Assembly: GCF_030144855.1 (NCBI RefSeq)
Contig: NC_082715.1
Location: 144,832,001-144,896,000 of the forward strand
Source of the DNA: Hypanus sabinus
Lineage: Eukaryota
Direction: 5' to 3'
Length of the DNA stretch: 64,000 bases
The notes below the pieces were generated by a model that ran no database searches, had not been told where the DNA came from, and saw only the letters and a list, made by a program, of their open reading frames with translations. Shown here piece by piece: positions 38,775 to 51,149 of the stretch. The position numbers and the translations under genes are program-made. Within the stretch, counting starts at the first letter, position 1, and the number at the start of each line of letters is the position of its first letter.

Positions 38775-39222
38775 CCCACACTGGCACATCCTCAAAAAAT
38801 TCAATCAGGCTCGTAAGGCACGACCTGCCTTTGACAGAGCCCTGCTGACTATTCCTAATCATACTATGCCTTTCCAAATATTCATAAATCCTGCCCCTCA
38901 GGATATTCTCCATGAATTTACCAACCTCTGAAGTAAGACTCACCAGTCTATAATATCCTGGGCTCTCAGAACTGCCTTTCTTGAATAAGAGAACAACATC
39001 GGCAACCCTCCAATCCTCTGGAACCTCTCCCGTCCTCATTGATGATGCCAAGATCATGACCAGAGGCTCAGCAATCTCCTCCTTTGCCTCCCAGAGTAGC
39101 TGGGGTACATCCCGTCCGGCCCCAGTGACTTGTCCAACTTTATGCTTTCCAAAAGCTCCAGCACATCCTCTTCCCTAAAATCTACATGCTCAAGCTTTTC
39201 AGTCGGCTGCAAGTCATCCCTA
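38775..39222 (-). mobile_element. Separate CR1 RT fragment
   Basis: GEVPEDWRVADVV..YRLVSLTS; same subfamily as 58306-58680. Confidence 0.9.
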
Positions 39223-39963
39223 TGTTACGTAGCAGCAATAGATCACAAACTGAGTCAGGTTTTGATGTTAAACGCAGTAACTTTATTAGTATTTACTCAA
39301 AATATAGACTTTAAAGAAATAAGCAGAAGTTAACAGCGTTATGCATACAAATGTGTGTGTGTGGCTCCCAAGCAGTCAAACTTAGGAACAATTATTTAAG
39401 TCATAAGATTCAGATGGCAAAGTAGAAAAGTCCAGTAATCCATGGAATAAATGATGGGATAGATTTGTAAATCCACGTTAAAATGTAGAGAGGAGGCCCA
39501 AAGAATTCCACAGATTCCACGCTAGGCAAACAACATCACAGTCGCCGAAGATCTTATCCGTCAAGTCGGTCCGATAGCCACATCGAAATATCACCAGGTG
39601 ACAGTCACAAAATATCCTTTCTTCCAAGTGATTACCACATAACACACCCGACTCCAGGTAGGCGTTAACAACAGTGGTCCCACGGGATATTCCAACAGAA
39701 ATCCACGTATGGATCATACGATGTGATAGCCACATATCCAATCTATTAAACAACCCAATCTTTTGGGCATGGGAAAGTATCAGACTTTCAACATTTTACA
39801 GCAAACTCCTACTGGCAATTTGCAATTCAAAGTCCTTCTTCTCTCTCTCTCTGTCCTTAATACCGAATATCTCAGCGGTCTGTCGCAGCTTTTTATACTG
39901 ATATCATAGTCCCGACGCATTAAAGCGACACTCACAGTAAACGAAACCGGTGGGCATGTAACA
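39223..39963 (-). repeat. 3' LTR of a Gmr1-type element
   Basis: TGTTAC...GTAACA termini with adjacent PPT (minus TGTGGGGAGG). Confidence 0.85.
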
Positions 39964-41452
39964 CCTCCCCACAAAAAGGAAAATTTTGATCTGGAAGAGC
40001 AAAGTTTTAACTGCAAACCATACATGTCACCATAGAGCATACTATAGAATAAAATAACATATTGCAGAAGCTTATAAAAATGACAAATTCCACTCCACTA
40101 TTAAAAATACATTACGGCCTTAACAGCTGGAAAGACAATCGGCAATTATAGTATCCTCGCCTTTAATGCGAGTTATCACAAGATCATACTCCTGCAAAAT
40201 CAGACTCCAATTTAACAACCTTCTATTTTTGTTTTTCACTTTACTCAAGAACACCAGTGGATTATGATCTGTATAAACCACAAGTGGTTTCTGAGCTGAG
40301 CAAACATACACATCAAAATGCTGCAAAGCCAAAATATGTGATAATAATTCCTTTTCTATAGCGGAATAATTTCTTTGATGCTCATTGAATTTCTTTGAAA
40401 AGTAAGCCACTGGATGGTCAACACCATCACCATCGTCCCTTTGTAGTAGCACTGCTCCTGCAGCTTCATCACTAACATCCACAACTATGCAAAGTCAGGT
40501 GACCTGAGCACAGGTTGGTGATATAAGATGGCTTTTAATTTAGCAAATGCTTCCTAACACGGCTCTGTCCAAACAATCTTTTCACCATTCCTCATGAGTT
40601 TAGCCAGTGGGAGACCAACATCAGCAAAGTTCTTACGGAACTTGCAATAATATCCGAACATTCCCAGGAATCTTCTGAGAGCTTTTTTGCCGGATGGAAT
40701 GGGAACCTCAGAAATTGCCTGAACTTTTGCCTGAACAGGAGCAAACCCGCCCTGACCTACAACATAACCAAAATACGTTATAGTGGCATGGCCAAATTCA
40801 CTCTTAGCTAAATTAACTGTAAGATTGGTCTTTGAGAGCCTGTCAAACAGCTTTTCCACTGACCCTGTCGAACAACTTTTCCACAGATATATGGGCTTCC
40901 CATGTGTCATTTTCTTTGACCAAATCATCAATATAGGCATCTGTGTGCTTTGACCCTTGAATTACAGAATTAATCATTCTCTGGAATGTTCCTGGAGCAT
41001 TTTTCATTCTAAATGGCAGAACATTGTATTCATACAATCCAGAAGACTTTACAAATGCAGGAATTTCTCTACCTCTATCCGTCAATGGAACACACCTTTT
41101 AACAGATCAATCTTTGTATGAAACTTAGCCCTTATCCACACAGTCATCCACTCTGAGGATGGGATACGCATCTTTTTTTATTATAGCATTCACCTTTCTG
41201 TAATCAGTGCAAAATCGGATACTAACGTCTGGTTTAGAAACCATAACACAAGGAAAACAATCGGAAGTAGGATGCTTAATAACACCATTTCCAACATATA
41301 CTCAATTTCCTTTCGGCAAGTTTACATTTTTCATCAGTCTTGCGATATGGATGTTGTTCAATAGGTTTAGCATTGCCGACATCTACATCCTGTGAGGCCA
41401 CTGTGGTTCTTTTTGGGACATCAGGAAATGAAATTTGCAAATGTCACCCCAC
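39964..41452 (-). mobile_element. Gmr1-type Ty3/gypsy RT-RNase H, 5' truncated
   Basis: RT YIDDL; RH DVSDEAAGAVL..IEKE..YTDHNPL..ADCLS* ends pol just before the PPT, so no integrase follows RH. Confidence 0.88.
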
Positions 41453-41559
41453 TCTATCATCAGTGAGGAAGGCAGAATACGGGCAATTATTGGCCAGTTG
41501 CCAAGAATTCAGTGGTTTGCTAGATGTGAGTGTCTATTATTAAAAATGGGGTGTCTGGG

Positions 41560-42955
41560 CCTTTTGAAGTCCACGACAAAATACGCCGGCCAACATTGTT
41601 CCCTTCAGGGAAAATCTCGCCTGACAAATCTGTTAGAATTATTTGAGGAAGCAAGGGCAGGAGAGGGAACGGCGATTTAATGGATGGTGTCCTGCCGATG
41701 GGTTTCGGCCCGAAACGTCGAGTGTACTCTTTTTCTTAGATGCTGCCTGGCCTGCTGAGTTCCTCCGGCATTTTGTGTGTGTTGCAATGAAAGTTGTTTA
41801 CTTGGAATTTCAAAAGCTCTTTGAAACTTTTCGCACATAAGGCTGCTAAACAGGATAAGAGTCCATGGTATGATAGAAAAGACAGAAACATACACAGACG
41901 GTTGGATAACTCGCAGAAGGCAAATAGTAGGAATAAAACTTTGGCTTTTCTGGTTGGCTGCCTGATAATAGTGATAATCAGCAGGGGTCCATGTGTGCTC
42001 CAGCAATTCTCACATTATACGTAACTGATGCGGAGGACAGAATTCCTTGCCAAATTTGCGGATGATGCTAAGATAGCTGGAGAAGCAGGCAGTGTCGAGT
42101 GAAGTAGGGAGTTTGAGGGACCACAAGGACAGATGAGGAAAAACGGCAGCTGGAACAGAGTCTAAGAAAGTCTGAGGTTATGTAGTCTGTTAAAGGGAAT
42201 GAAGGTGTAGTCTACTTTCTAACTGGGGTCCAAATTCAGAATTGAGAGACGCAAAGGCATTCGGGAGTCCTATTGCAGAATTCACGAAAGGTAACTTGCC
42301 GGTTGAGTCAGTAGTAAGGGGGCAATGCAACGACAGCATTTGTTTCGAGAGGACTGCAATATAGCAACAAGGGCGTAACGACCACGCTCTAATATGCATA
42401 GATCAGTCCAGATGTGAGTTATTGTGAGCAGTACTTAAGAAAGGGCATGCTGACATTGGAGAGGGTCCAGAGGAGGTTTTCGAGAACGATCTCGGAAATG
42501 AAAGGGTTAACGTATGAAGAGCGTTTGTGAGTTTGGGCCCCTGCTTGTTGTAGTTGAAATGAATGAGTGGTTGTAAGGGGTATCTCATTGGAAGCTGCCG
42601 AATATTGAAAGACCTAGACGCAGGAGACGTAAAGAGAACGTTTTCAATAGTGGGAGAATCTTGGACCAGAGGATACAGTCTCGGAATACAAGGGCGTCCC
42701 TTTAGAACAGACGGGAGGAAGAATATCTTTCTGCAGAACGTGGTAAATCTGTGTGAAGACGGCTGCGGAGACCAAGTCATTTGATAAATTAAAAGCAGAG
42801 GTTGATAAACTCTTGATCAGTCGAAGGTCACAGGGCCACAAAGGTTACGGGCGAAGTCAAAGAATGGGGTTCTGTGGCATAATAACTCAGCCATGATGGA
42901 ATAGCGAAACCGGCCCGAATGGCTTTCGCACCAATGTCACATGATTATATGACCT
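41560..42955 (+). mobile_element. Degenerate CR1 LINE (RT to 3' end)
   Basis: QGKSRLTNLLELFEE; KFADDAKIAG; RPFRTDGRKNIFLQNVVNL. Confidence 0.85.
41688..41790 (+). mobile_element. Penelope pLTR fragment with mutated hammerhead, inserted in CR1
   Basis: UGUC CUGCCGA UGGG UUUCGG CCC GAAA CG UC GAGU, then agatgctgcctggcctgctgagttcctcc. Confidence 0.8.
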
Positions 42956-43074
42956 TATGATTGACGGAGCAGGAGTGAGGGCACCAAGTGCCGACTGCCA
43001 CAATTGTCACCTCCTAACAACAAAGTCACTAAAAATGAACTCATCCGTACCTATGCTTTTTTTTCTATTTTCAG

Positions 43075-43390
43075 TTTCTCGACCCCCGGCGGTAACCATG
43101 TTCCTGCCTTCAGAGGAAGAAATCGTGTAAAAGAACATCGCCTGGTATGTTTGGTGAACAAGTTTCATTCGGAAACTGTCAACGTCGTATGGAAGGTGAA
43201 CGGCAGTACGAGAAGGGATGGTGTTGAGACGAGCTTGGTACAGCAGGAGCCGGACAACACTTCCAGTACGAGCAGTAACCTGTCTCTGTCAGCCTTAGAC
43301 AGGGACCATAGCGGACAATGCTCCGTTGTGGTGAAACACGAGACTCAGTCAACCACGCTTCAGGCAACGATTACAGCATCTTGCTATAGC
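43075..43390 (+). pseudogene. Ig light-chain (lambda-like) C1 constant exon, disabled
   Basis: Acceptor ttttctattttcag ends at 43074; phase-1 frame SRPPAVTMFLPSEEEIV*(43128)KNIA, then frameshift to LVCLVNKF..VVWKVNG..GVETSLVQQEPDNT..KHETQ..TITASC; the second core Cys is lost. Confidence 0.88.
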
Positions 43391-44559
43391 CTAACTCAAG
43401 GATCTACTTCACTGCTCTGTAGTTCTTATCACCATATCTTATTTCCACCGGCTGCTCCGGGGATGCGGATCTAAGCACTCAATTTGATTCAGAAAGTTGA
43501 TACGCGCTTCTATTTTTTTCCATGATTTGTGTTTTTTTTTCTTTTTCTCTCCGCATTGTCTGTTGGTCTTTATTTTTCTTAATTGGTTTCTTTCGAGTTT
43601 CTTGCTCTGTGGCTGCCGGTAAACAGTCAAACCTCAAGGATGTATAATTTATACCTTTGATAGGAGTTATACTTCGAATCTGTTAATGTTTATATTCCAA
43701 TTTATATCTTTTTTTGAGAAGAATCTGTCGAATCAGAAGTGTGTGTTTTCACGAGAAGATTGCGAATTCCGGTATGAATTGGAGGTCCGACGTGATTTAC
43801 TAAAAGACCCAGAGTAATCATCTGCCATTTGGATTATTGCGCCAATTGTTCCTCTTTTCTGGTAGATGGCTCTGGAATAATCGGGATTTTCCAAACTTGA
43901 TTAACTAGTGCAGTAGTGAGATTATTTAGGCATTCTGGAGAGAAGGGATTACTGACTGAGAAATTTCCACCTGTCATTAGAAAATCGGACAAATGTATAA
44001 CTGAAGTAACCCGTGCGTTTATTTGAGTGTGGCCATGTGTGCGTGTATGGTTCCCGCTATGTTCAAGCGCGAACGTCTGCGTCTCTCCTGTGTATGTATT
44101 GACAAGGATAGAATGGCCATTGAATTTGACTGGGTAAAACTGTTAAAGAAAACTCATAAATTATACCGAAATGAGAAATTACTGACATCTGGGAATGCTT
44201 CTTATTTCGGTTCCTGTTTTTGAATTCATTGACCCTAGTTGCTGCCACTCTGAGGAGCGGGGGAACTCACAGAAGCCATCTCGTTAGAGTTAACTTGGCA
44301 GTGATTGATTGGCGATCTGCGGGTTAAAAGCCACTATTCAGAGAACATGCAAAAACATTTGTTAAATTTTAGCAAACGGAATCCTAGTTACTATTTTAAT
44401 TAATTTTCAACGTGCCATCCTCATAATAAATCTGATTCAACAAAAGAAAATATACTTTCAAGCTGGATAAGTACATAAACGTGTTCAACAATATTTTACG
44501 TTGCAATAACATTGCACATAATCTTGATATTTTTTTCATTGACCATTACCTTATAAATG

Positions 44560-45235
44560 TTTTCAGTCTCAGTCCATAGTGACATCGTAGTTTAATACTG
44601 CATTAGTGCACTTGTTTCCTAAAGTTGTCATAGCCGAGGGTAGCAGTGGGCCTAAGCTCCCACTACCTATAAAGTGCTCCAAATGGCGTGCAAATCTAAC
44701 AGCCCCTGAAAACCAAGTCCACCTCTTGGCCTTCACGTGTGGCTTAGCTACCAGGCCTAGTGGAACTGCTTTTACTGACAAGAGAAGGGGAAAAGGCGGA
44801 CCACTGATGCCTAAAAACCAGTTGCTTCGGGCAGGACGTCAGACTTGGACGGCAGACCGCCTAGGAGAAGGAAGTCTCTGATTTTAAACCTCCGCTGCCT
44901 TGTGGCCATACCCACTCATGGGAAAGGCTTCGGGAGTAAACCCCGAGGAAGAAACCCGGAGCCGGGGTCCCTGAAGCCGTTTGATGCTGTTTATATCTTC
45001 ACTCTAGCAACCTCTCTGACGACGCTGGTGCCAAGCTGTATTGGCACTTGTCCTCCCCTTGGATACGTCAGTGACGTGGAGAGGGGAACCTGCGGCGTGG
45101 GCAACAGTCCGTTCTACAAATCTCCCTGCCCAGGCTTGCACCCTGGAGAGGAAACAGTCCACCAGAGGCGCAACCCCATGATCCACTGGGATCGACGGCT
45201 GCCTACTACTGGTGCACTACATCTTCCTTTCATTT
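44560..45235. repeat. RTE-related non-autonomous repeat
   Basis: ggagaaggaagtctctgattttaaacctccgctgcc...gggagtaaaccccgagg resembles RTE UTR sequence as I recall it; no ORF. Confidence 0.4.
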
Positions 45236-45399
45236 TGTTTCTCCATAAGAAAGAGCCTATGGAAGTAATACAGGTCTTTACGCAGAACACCAAGAAATGC
45301 AAACAAAGAATTCTACTTATTAAAAACCATTCAGTTGAAATGTTAGGCTCTATTTTCCCCTGACAACTACAGATGCTATGTGACTTGCTGAGCATGCCC

Positions 45400-46270
45400 T
45401 GCATTCGCGGATTTTGTCCCAGATTTAGAACAGGGATACGGAGGAATTTCTTTAGCCAGAGTGCAAAGAACCCGTGGAATTCATTCGCTCAGATGGCTGT
45501 AGAGGACCAGTCTTTAGGCATGTTTAAATCGGAAGTAGTTAGTTTCAGTATTGGTAAGGGTCTCAAATGTTAAATGGAAGATGCAGGAGAATGGGGTTGA
45601 GAGGAATAATAAATCAGCCATAATGGAATGGCCGATCAGACACGATAGGCCGAATAGCTTAATTCAACTCCCATGTCTTATCGTCTTCATGTCTTATCTT
45701 GCGACATGAAATTCTCATAATTGTCTCCAATTGAGATGAAGTTGCGAGTTTTCTTAAAAAGAAGACGAGCACAGAGTAATTCCAATTCATGGAGCTTAAA
45801 ACATGCCACTCTTTGGGAATACTACCACGCGAACATTTGATTTTCATACGAAGACAATGCCGGGATGCTGCGCTATGGAGATAGGTTATGCAGGCTACAA
45901 GGTTATAAGTTGTAGCGTACGACAATGGGTACTGTGGTTTATAGAGGTAATTAACAATAGGAGTGGCTTTAACAATGTGAATCTGAACAGTCCTTTCCCT
46001 CCGTTGGGGAAGAAAGAAATAGAGGAGAGAGATTTAATAGGAGTCAGAGGGGAATCTTCTCACGCAGATGGTGGTTAGTATATGGAACGATCACCCAGAG
46101 AAATGTTTGGGGCAGATAGATTAACAGCATTTAGAAGAAACTTCGGCATGGATAGGAAATGCTCAGAGGTACTTGAGACAAATGCGGACAATTAGGACCG
46201 TCTTAGATAGGACTCTTGTCGGTACAGACCAGATGAGCCGAAGGGCTGTATTTCGTGCTACATGAATCTA
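45400..46270 (+). mobile_element. Two tandem old CR1 3' remnants
   Basis: RNFFSQ..WNSFAQMAVEDQSLGMFK, then a second decayed CR1 C-terminus. Confidence 0.7.
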
Positions 46271-46299
46271 TGACTCATGGGTTTTTTAAAGCAACTTTT

Positions 46300-48415
46300 T
46301 TTGAACATCATCAGGTCGATTGTTCTGTGCAGTATATTGAGCGAGAGGAATCAGTTCTCTCACATCCCTTTGCTGCTTTATTGCTGTTTAATAATTACTG
46401 CTTTGTTAATTATTATGTGATATGTTGTTTTGCCGGATATTTGTTCAAGGATCTGAATGAAACTCCGCACTGGGTAACTAACCAACTTCTTTACAAGGAG
46501 GAAGAACAGGAAGAGAGCTTGCGAGAGAAAATGATCGAACTTCAGAATGATAAATGAAAATACTTCGATTACTGTAGGTGTAACCAGAACTCCTGCAATT
46601 CACTGTCTGTGCAGGGAAACTGTGAGAGCATCCCTCTGCCAAACCTTTGCATATATATTTCCAATTTTCCGATAAAAGTGGACATTGCACTTTTTTGCCT
46701 GGATTAAATGGAAATTCCCACCCTGCTCTTTCATATTTAGAATGTTCATTTTGTCATTCAGATTGGCTAACTATGCTACAACTCCAGCTACAAGTTCAAT
46801 CTTGTTTCCCAAGCTCTTGTCGACTTCGAGCAACAAACAATCAAAAAGTGTCAAAAAGATCAAAGAAACGTTTTAAGCGGCCGCCTTTTGACAGCTAACG
46901 CAAATCAATGTAAAGAAGCAAGAATACAAATTCCTATTAATTATCTTGGCATAATTGGTGAAATATTCTGCTGTTTAATGGATTAGCTTTAATTTTGTTG
47001 ATAGCAGATATTGCAAGAGTTATGCTTGAAAAAAGTCGTTAGCTGAGATTATTGGTTGCGAGGTGTTGACAATAAATTACACAATGAATTGCAAACGAAC
47101 TCAGAATTACTTTTCTCATAAATGCTACAAAACCAGCATGGCGAACTGTCATATATACTTCCCCATCTGGTGTACAAGAAATCATGCTCCTAATCAGAAT
47201 CCTCAATCCTCATCGTCGTGGATTGACTCTCCGTTGATACTTGTTTTTAACTTTATACAAAAAGAGTATCGCTTCATAAACTTTTCCGTTCTGATAAACC
47301 GTACAGGTACCATTAGTCATGCAGTGTTGTCTCGCATAGTTGACTCATCCATTTGTATCCCAAATTATATTTTTGTACCTTTGTGCCTAGCTGACACTCA
47401 ATGTCTTCATTCATTTCGTCAATACGAGGAACTGCAGAGTTACTCAGAGATTCTGATTTGAAAATACTGGCATCCATTTTAAGAACAGTGGTGATCACTT
47501 CTGATACTTCAGGCATTATTAAACTTTCACCAATTGTATGGGATTCCCCACATTTACCTGTCATTTCGGTAGTGTCATAAGAAGCAGTGAGTCACTTTTA
47601 GGCTTCTTTTAGGCTTCAAGGTCACTTTTAGGCTTCTTGGCAAATGACTCGACGTGTCCAATGCTTTTCAAAAGCTTCTTTCCTCTTCTAGGACTAAATA
47701 ATACCGTAAGTAGCCTTTTCAGGGTGTCTTTTCCGGAAGTGTTCCTTCAATCTTGATGGTTTCATGATTTCATTAGACAGCACAGCATTACAAATAAGAT
47801 ATATAGCGTGTTGGTGGTCAAACGGGAACGGAATAAAAGCATACTCCAGTTAGGTAACATTGTATTGACGCAGTTTCTGCAGTTTCTGTTTCTTAGTAGG
47901 ATTAGATTTCCAGGCTTCACCGCCTTCAGACTCATTAAGGGCGTATTTATCCATCGTTAACGCGGTTAGATTAAAAGTTAAAAAAAAACACAAACTGGAA
48001 TGCCTATCGGATGTTGACGACGGCAGCGAGTTGACAAGGATGGAAGGATGGGAGTGGCACGCAAAGGAACGGCGAGACGAAGATTAAGACGATCAGAGCA
48101 GCGAAAATTCCATTGACAAGGAGTCACTGGAATATAAATGTTAATCGAGGTAGAGCGGGTGTTCGGCAATCTATCTTTATACTATCCCGGTTAGCTTTTC
48201 ATAATCAACAAGGAAGTCATGTTCGATTTCAACACCTTAAGGGAAATGCACGGAGGCTGCAGGTTCACTGATTGGCTCAATTTTACCGTATATTTCCGGC
48301 CAGTGCTGTATCGTTGCACGCGCGTTTTCCGTGGATCTGCAGAGAAAAGTTGAGACGGTGTACTTAACTGACCTCGTTTCACACCCCGACTCAAAGGGAA
48401 CTGTTCGGCACCCTG
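46300..48415 (-). mobile_element. hAT (Buster/Charlie-type) transposase fossil with 5' terminus
   Basis: From ATG at 47954: LRQYNVTYLEYAFIP..LICNAVLSNEIMKPSRLKEH; HTIGESLI..RIDEM; R*LSKG; QFPC; terminus CAGGGTGCCGAAC at 48415. Confidence 0.88.
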
Positions 48416-48779
48416 GCTACTAATTTATGCATCCCCAATAATGTCTATTCGGTTGGTTAGGTCGAATGAGATTGCCCAGTTTTAGAAATGTTGTGACGGA
48501 GAGTGCATTCCGACTGCAGAGGTAAAGTTCTTCCTTTGTTCCAGTGCTTCGTCCTCTGTTTTTGAAGTGCCTGCTGTACAAATGGTTGGTCAGGTCTTGT
48601 GCCTCATGTAGGGTGGCACCTACCGCCAAACCCACCACCCCCATCCCACCCCCAAGAAACCTGAATGCCCTCGACAACTTCTATTTACCCCAAAGCACCC
48701 CAAGGACACGTAACGGCCCCCGTTGGGAATTACTGCTAGATGAATTGAACAATCAAATGAAAGATATGCCTTTCCTTTT

Positions 48780-50110
48780 CTATTAAGATATGCCTTAATC
48801 CTCATTAGATCATCCAAATGTACTACGTAGTCTTTTTCTGGAATTACATTTGACTGCAGTCATAAGATTGAATCCACGTTTGCAATCAGCGTTAAAAGCT
48901 TGATATATTGCAGCGACGTCAACAAGAATTGACATTTCCTCAAATTCTTCGTTTCTATGAACGTAATTCGACATGTCACTGAACGTCTTAATTGAATCAG
49001 GCTTAACTTTCTGAAAAATGACAGATTTCAAATCATAATATTTCTGCTATGCTTTTGAGGCCATGTTTTCAGATTCAGATTCAGACTCAGTTTATTGTCA
49101 TTTAGAAACCACAAATGCAATGCAGTTAAAAAATGAGACAACGTTCCTCCAGAATAATATCACAAAAGCATATGACAAAACAGACTACACCAGAAAATCC
49201 GCATAACGTTTGGCAATCCCCAATCCAGAGTCCGGAGAGGCTACTGCGTATTAATATCGTCGTAGTTCTTTAGAGTGGCTGAGTAATTTTGTATCAGTCA
49301 CACATCATACTCCTTTCCAAATGTAAGTGTGGTTCCGTTTGCAATAGCAACATGGTGAAAAGCTTCGGATTCTCTTGTTGTCAGGATATTTGTTATCTAA
49401 TTGACACGTTGAATGAATCAAATAGGCGCAGTATCCACTTCAGAGTTCATAGATGCAGGCAAATTCTTCACTTTGTCACTTCAATAAACGGTATCGCCAA
49501 GGCACTGTGACCTACCATAACGTGTTCATTTTTTGCTCTGCATTTTGCAGTCCTTCAATTGTATTCAAACAGCTTTACTGAAGGAATTTGCAAAGAGATG
49601 CCAGGTATTATAAACATCACTAATGATACTCGATGTCGTGGACTGGCCAAAATCCAGTTGCTGACTGGATGATTATATTCATTAACTTGCTCTTTGCAAT
49701 ACTCGATCAAATCTTCAGAATTACTCATAAAAGCAGTGACATGATAATGTCTGGACAGCCATCTTACTTCGTTTAGTGGACTAAGTGACACAACATCACA
49801 TTCTGTGACATTGGCATGTTCTAATCTTTCCTTCTTTAACAGACGACCTGCTGAATATTGTGTAAGCTGCTCACTGTAGTGTTTCTGTGTATTGTATAAT
49901 TCATTTCTTTCCCCAATGCATCCTCTCATCCCATCTTCTCTGTGTAGAATGCGATGCTGCTTAGTCAGATGCTCTATTTATTATCCAAGAATTTCGGCCA
50001 CACCAGTAGTCTTTCCAACCATAATATTTGAACCTGTTTGAGGGTAAAAAACACCATCTTGTGAATATCAAGAGATTGTTGTTGTAATTTTTTTACTGCT
50101 TCAACAACAG
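48780..50110 (-). mobile_element. Second hAT transposase fossil (ZNF862/C17orf113-like)
   Basis: NEVRWLSRH; dimerisation motif ADCKRGFNLM..RL..LDDLMRIK. Confidence 0.8.
49068..49270 (-). repeat. Retroposon 3' fragment with (TCTGAA)n tail, inserted in the hAT fossil
   Basis: ttcagattcagattcagactcag followed by the poly(A)-signal complement ttttattg. Confidence 0.5.
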
Positions 50111-51000
50111 TGGTAGTGTCACAAACACATAACATGGACTTTTATTTGTTAATCTGCCTTGTCAAAGGCCTTCTGAAAATACAGGCACGCATCAATCGAT
50201 TTTCTTTTGTCTATACTGTTTGTTATTTCTTTAAAGAATCCCGACAGATTTGTCAGGCAGCATATTCACTTGAGGAAACGATGCTGACTACACCCTATTT
50301 TAAAATGTGTCTCGAGATACCCCGAAACCACGTCCTTAACAATCGATACCTGCATCTCTCCAACCACTGTGATCAGACTAACTGGCCTTGAATGTCCTTT
50401 CTTCTGCCTCTCTCCCATCTTGAATGGTGGAGAGACATTTGCATTTTTTCAGTCGGGTGAAACCATTTGCACATTCATTAATTCAGAGATTGCTACCGTG
50501 GAGGTCCTGTTTATCGCCTTTCTAGCGAGCTGCCTGAAATCTCTCTTCAGCACCTCCTCACCGTACCTATGTCATTGGTTCCAATATACACCAAGACTTC
50601 TGCCAGCTCCGTCACGCCACTTACAATGCCTTGAACGAGATTCGAGACAATCTTGGTCTTGGTACCTGGAAGGAAATATACTACCCGTGTGTCTCTATCA
50701 CACCCACCGAATCTCGTCTTTGTTCCTCTGACTGTGGAATCTCCTTTTAACACTGCAGTCCTCCTCACGGCTCTGCTCTTCTGAGCAACATCACCGCACT
50801 CAGCAGCAGAGACCCGGTCACTCTGGCTCACATCTGGTAGGTCGTCCGCCTCAACAGTATCTAAAATTGTTTACTTATTATTTTGGGGAACGGCCACAGG
50901 TGTACTCTACAGTGCCGGTAGATTTATCTTCCATCGCTGGACAGTCACAAAGTTACTAGTCTCCTTCAATCTAGGGGTGACTTTAGTCTACAATTACAGC
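50110..51000 (-). mobile_element. CR1 fragments: RT piece and ORF1 SGNH esterase
   Basis: GDSTVRG..LPG..IGTNDIG (50547-50831); FQKAFDK-like piece near 50170. Confidence 0.8.
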
Positions 51001-51149
51001 ATAACTCGGAGATTGGAACAGATAGTTATTCATATACAGTGCAGCCTAACAGGTCTTCTTGACTCGCAATCACCCGGAAACAATGAACACGTCCACATGC
51101 AAAGAGTCGGTAGTTCAAACATTAATCGATAGATGGACAAGCCTGCGGA

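Noticed and set aside
21675-43074. Recombination signal sequences for V(D)J rearrangement
   Set aside because: The few CACAGTG/CACTGTG heptamers I saw lie mostly in TEs and have no correctly spaced nonamer.
44830-45235. Possible HDV-like ribozyme in the RTE-related repeat
   Set aside because: I could not map the P1-P2-P3-P1.1-P4 order by eye. It needs a covariance model search.
46300-50110. Domesticated hAT genes (SCAND3/ZBED or ZNF862-like)
   Set aside because: Multiple stops, frameshifts, an inversion and a retroposon insertion show these are fossils.
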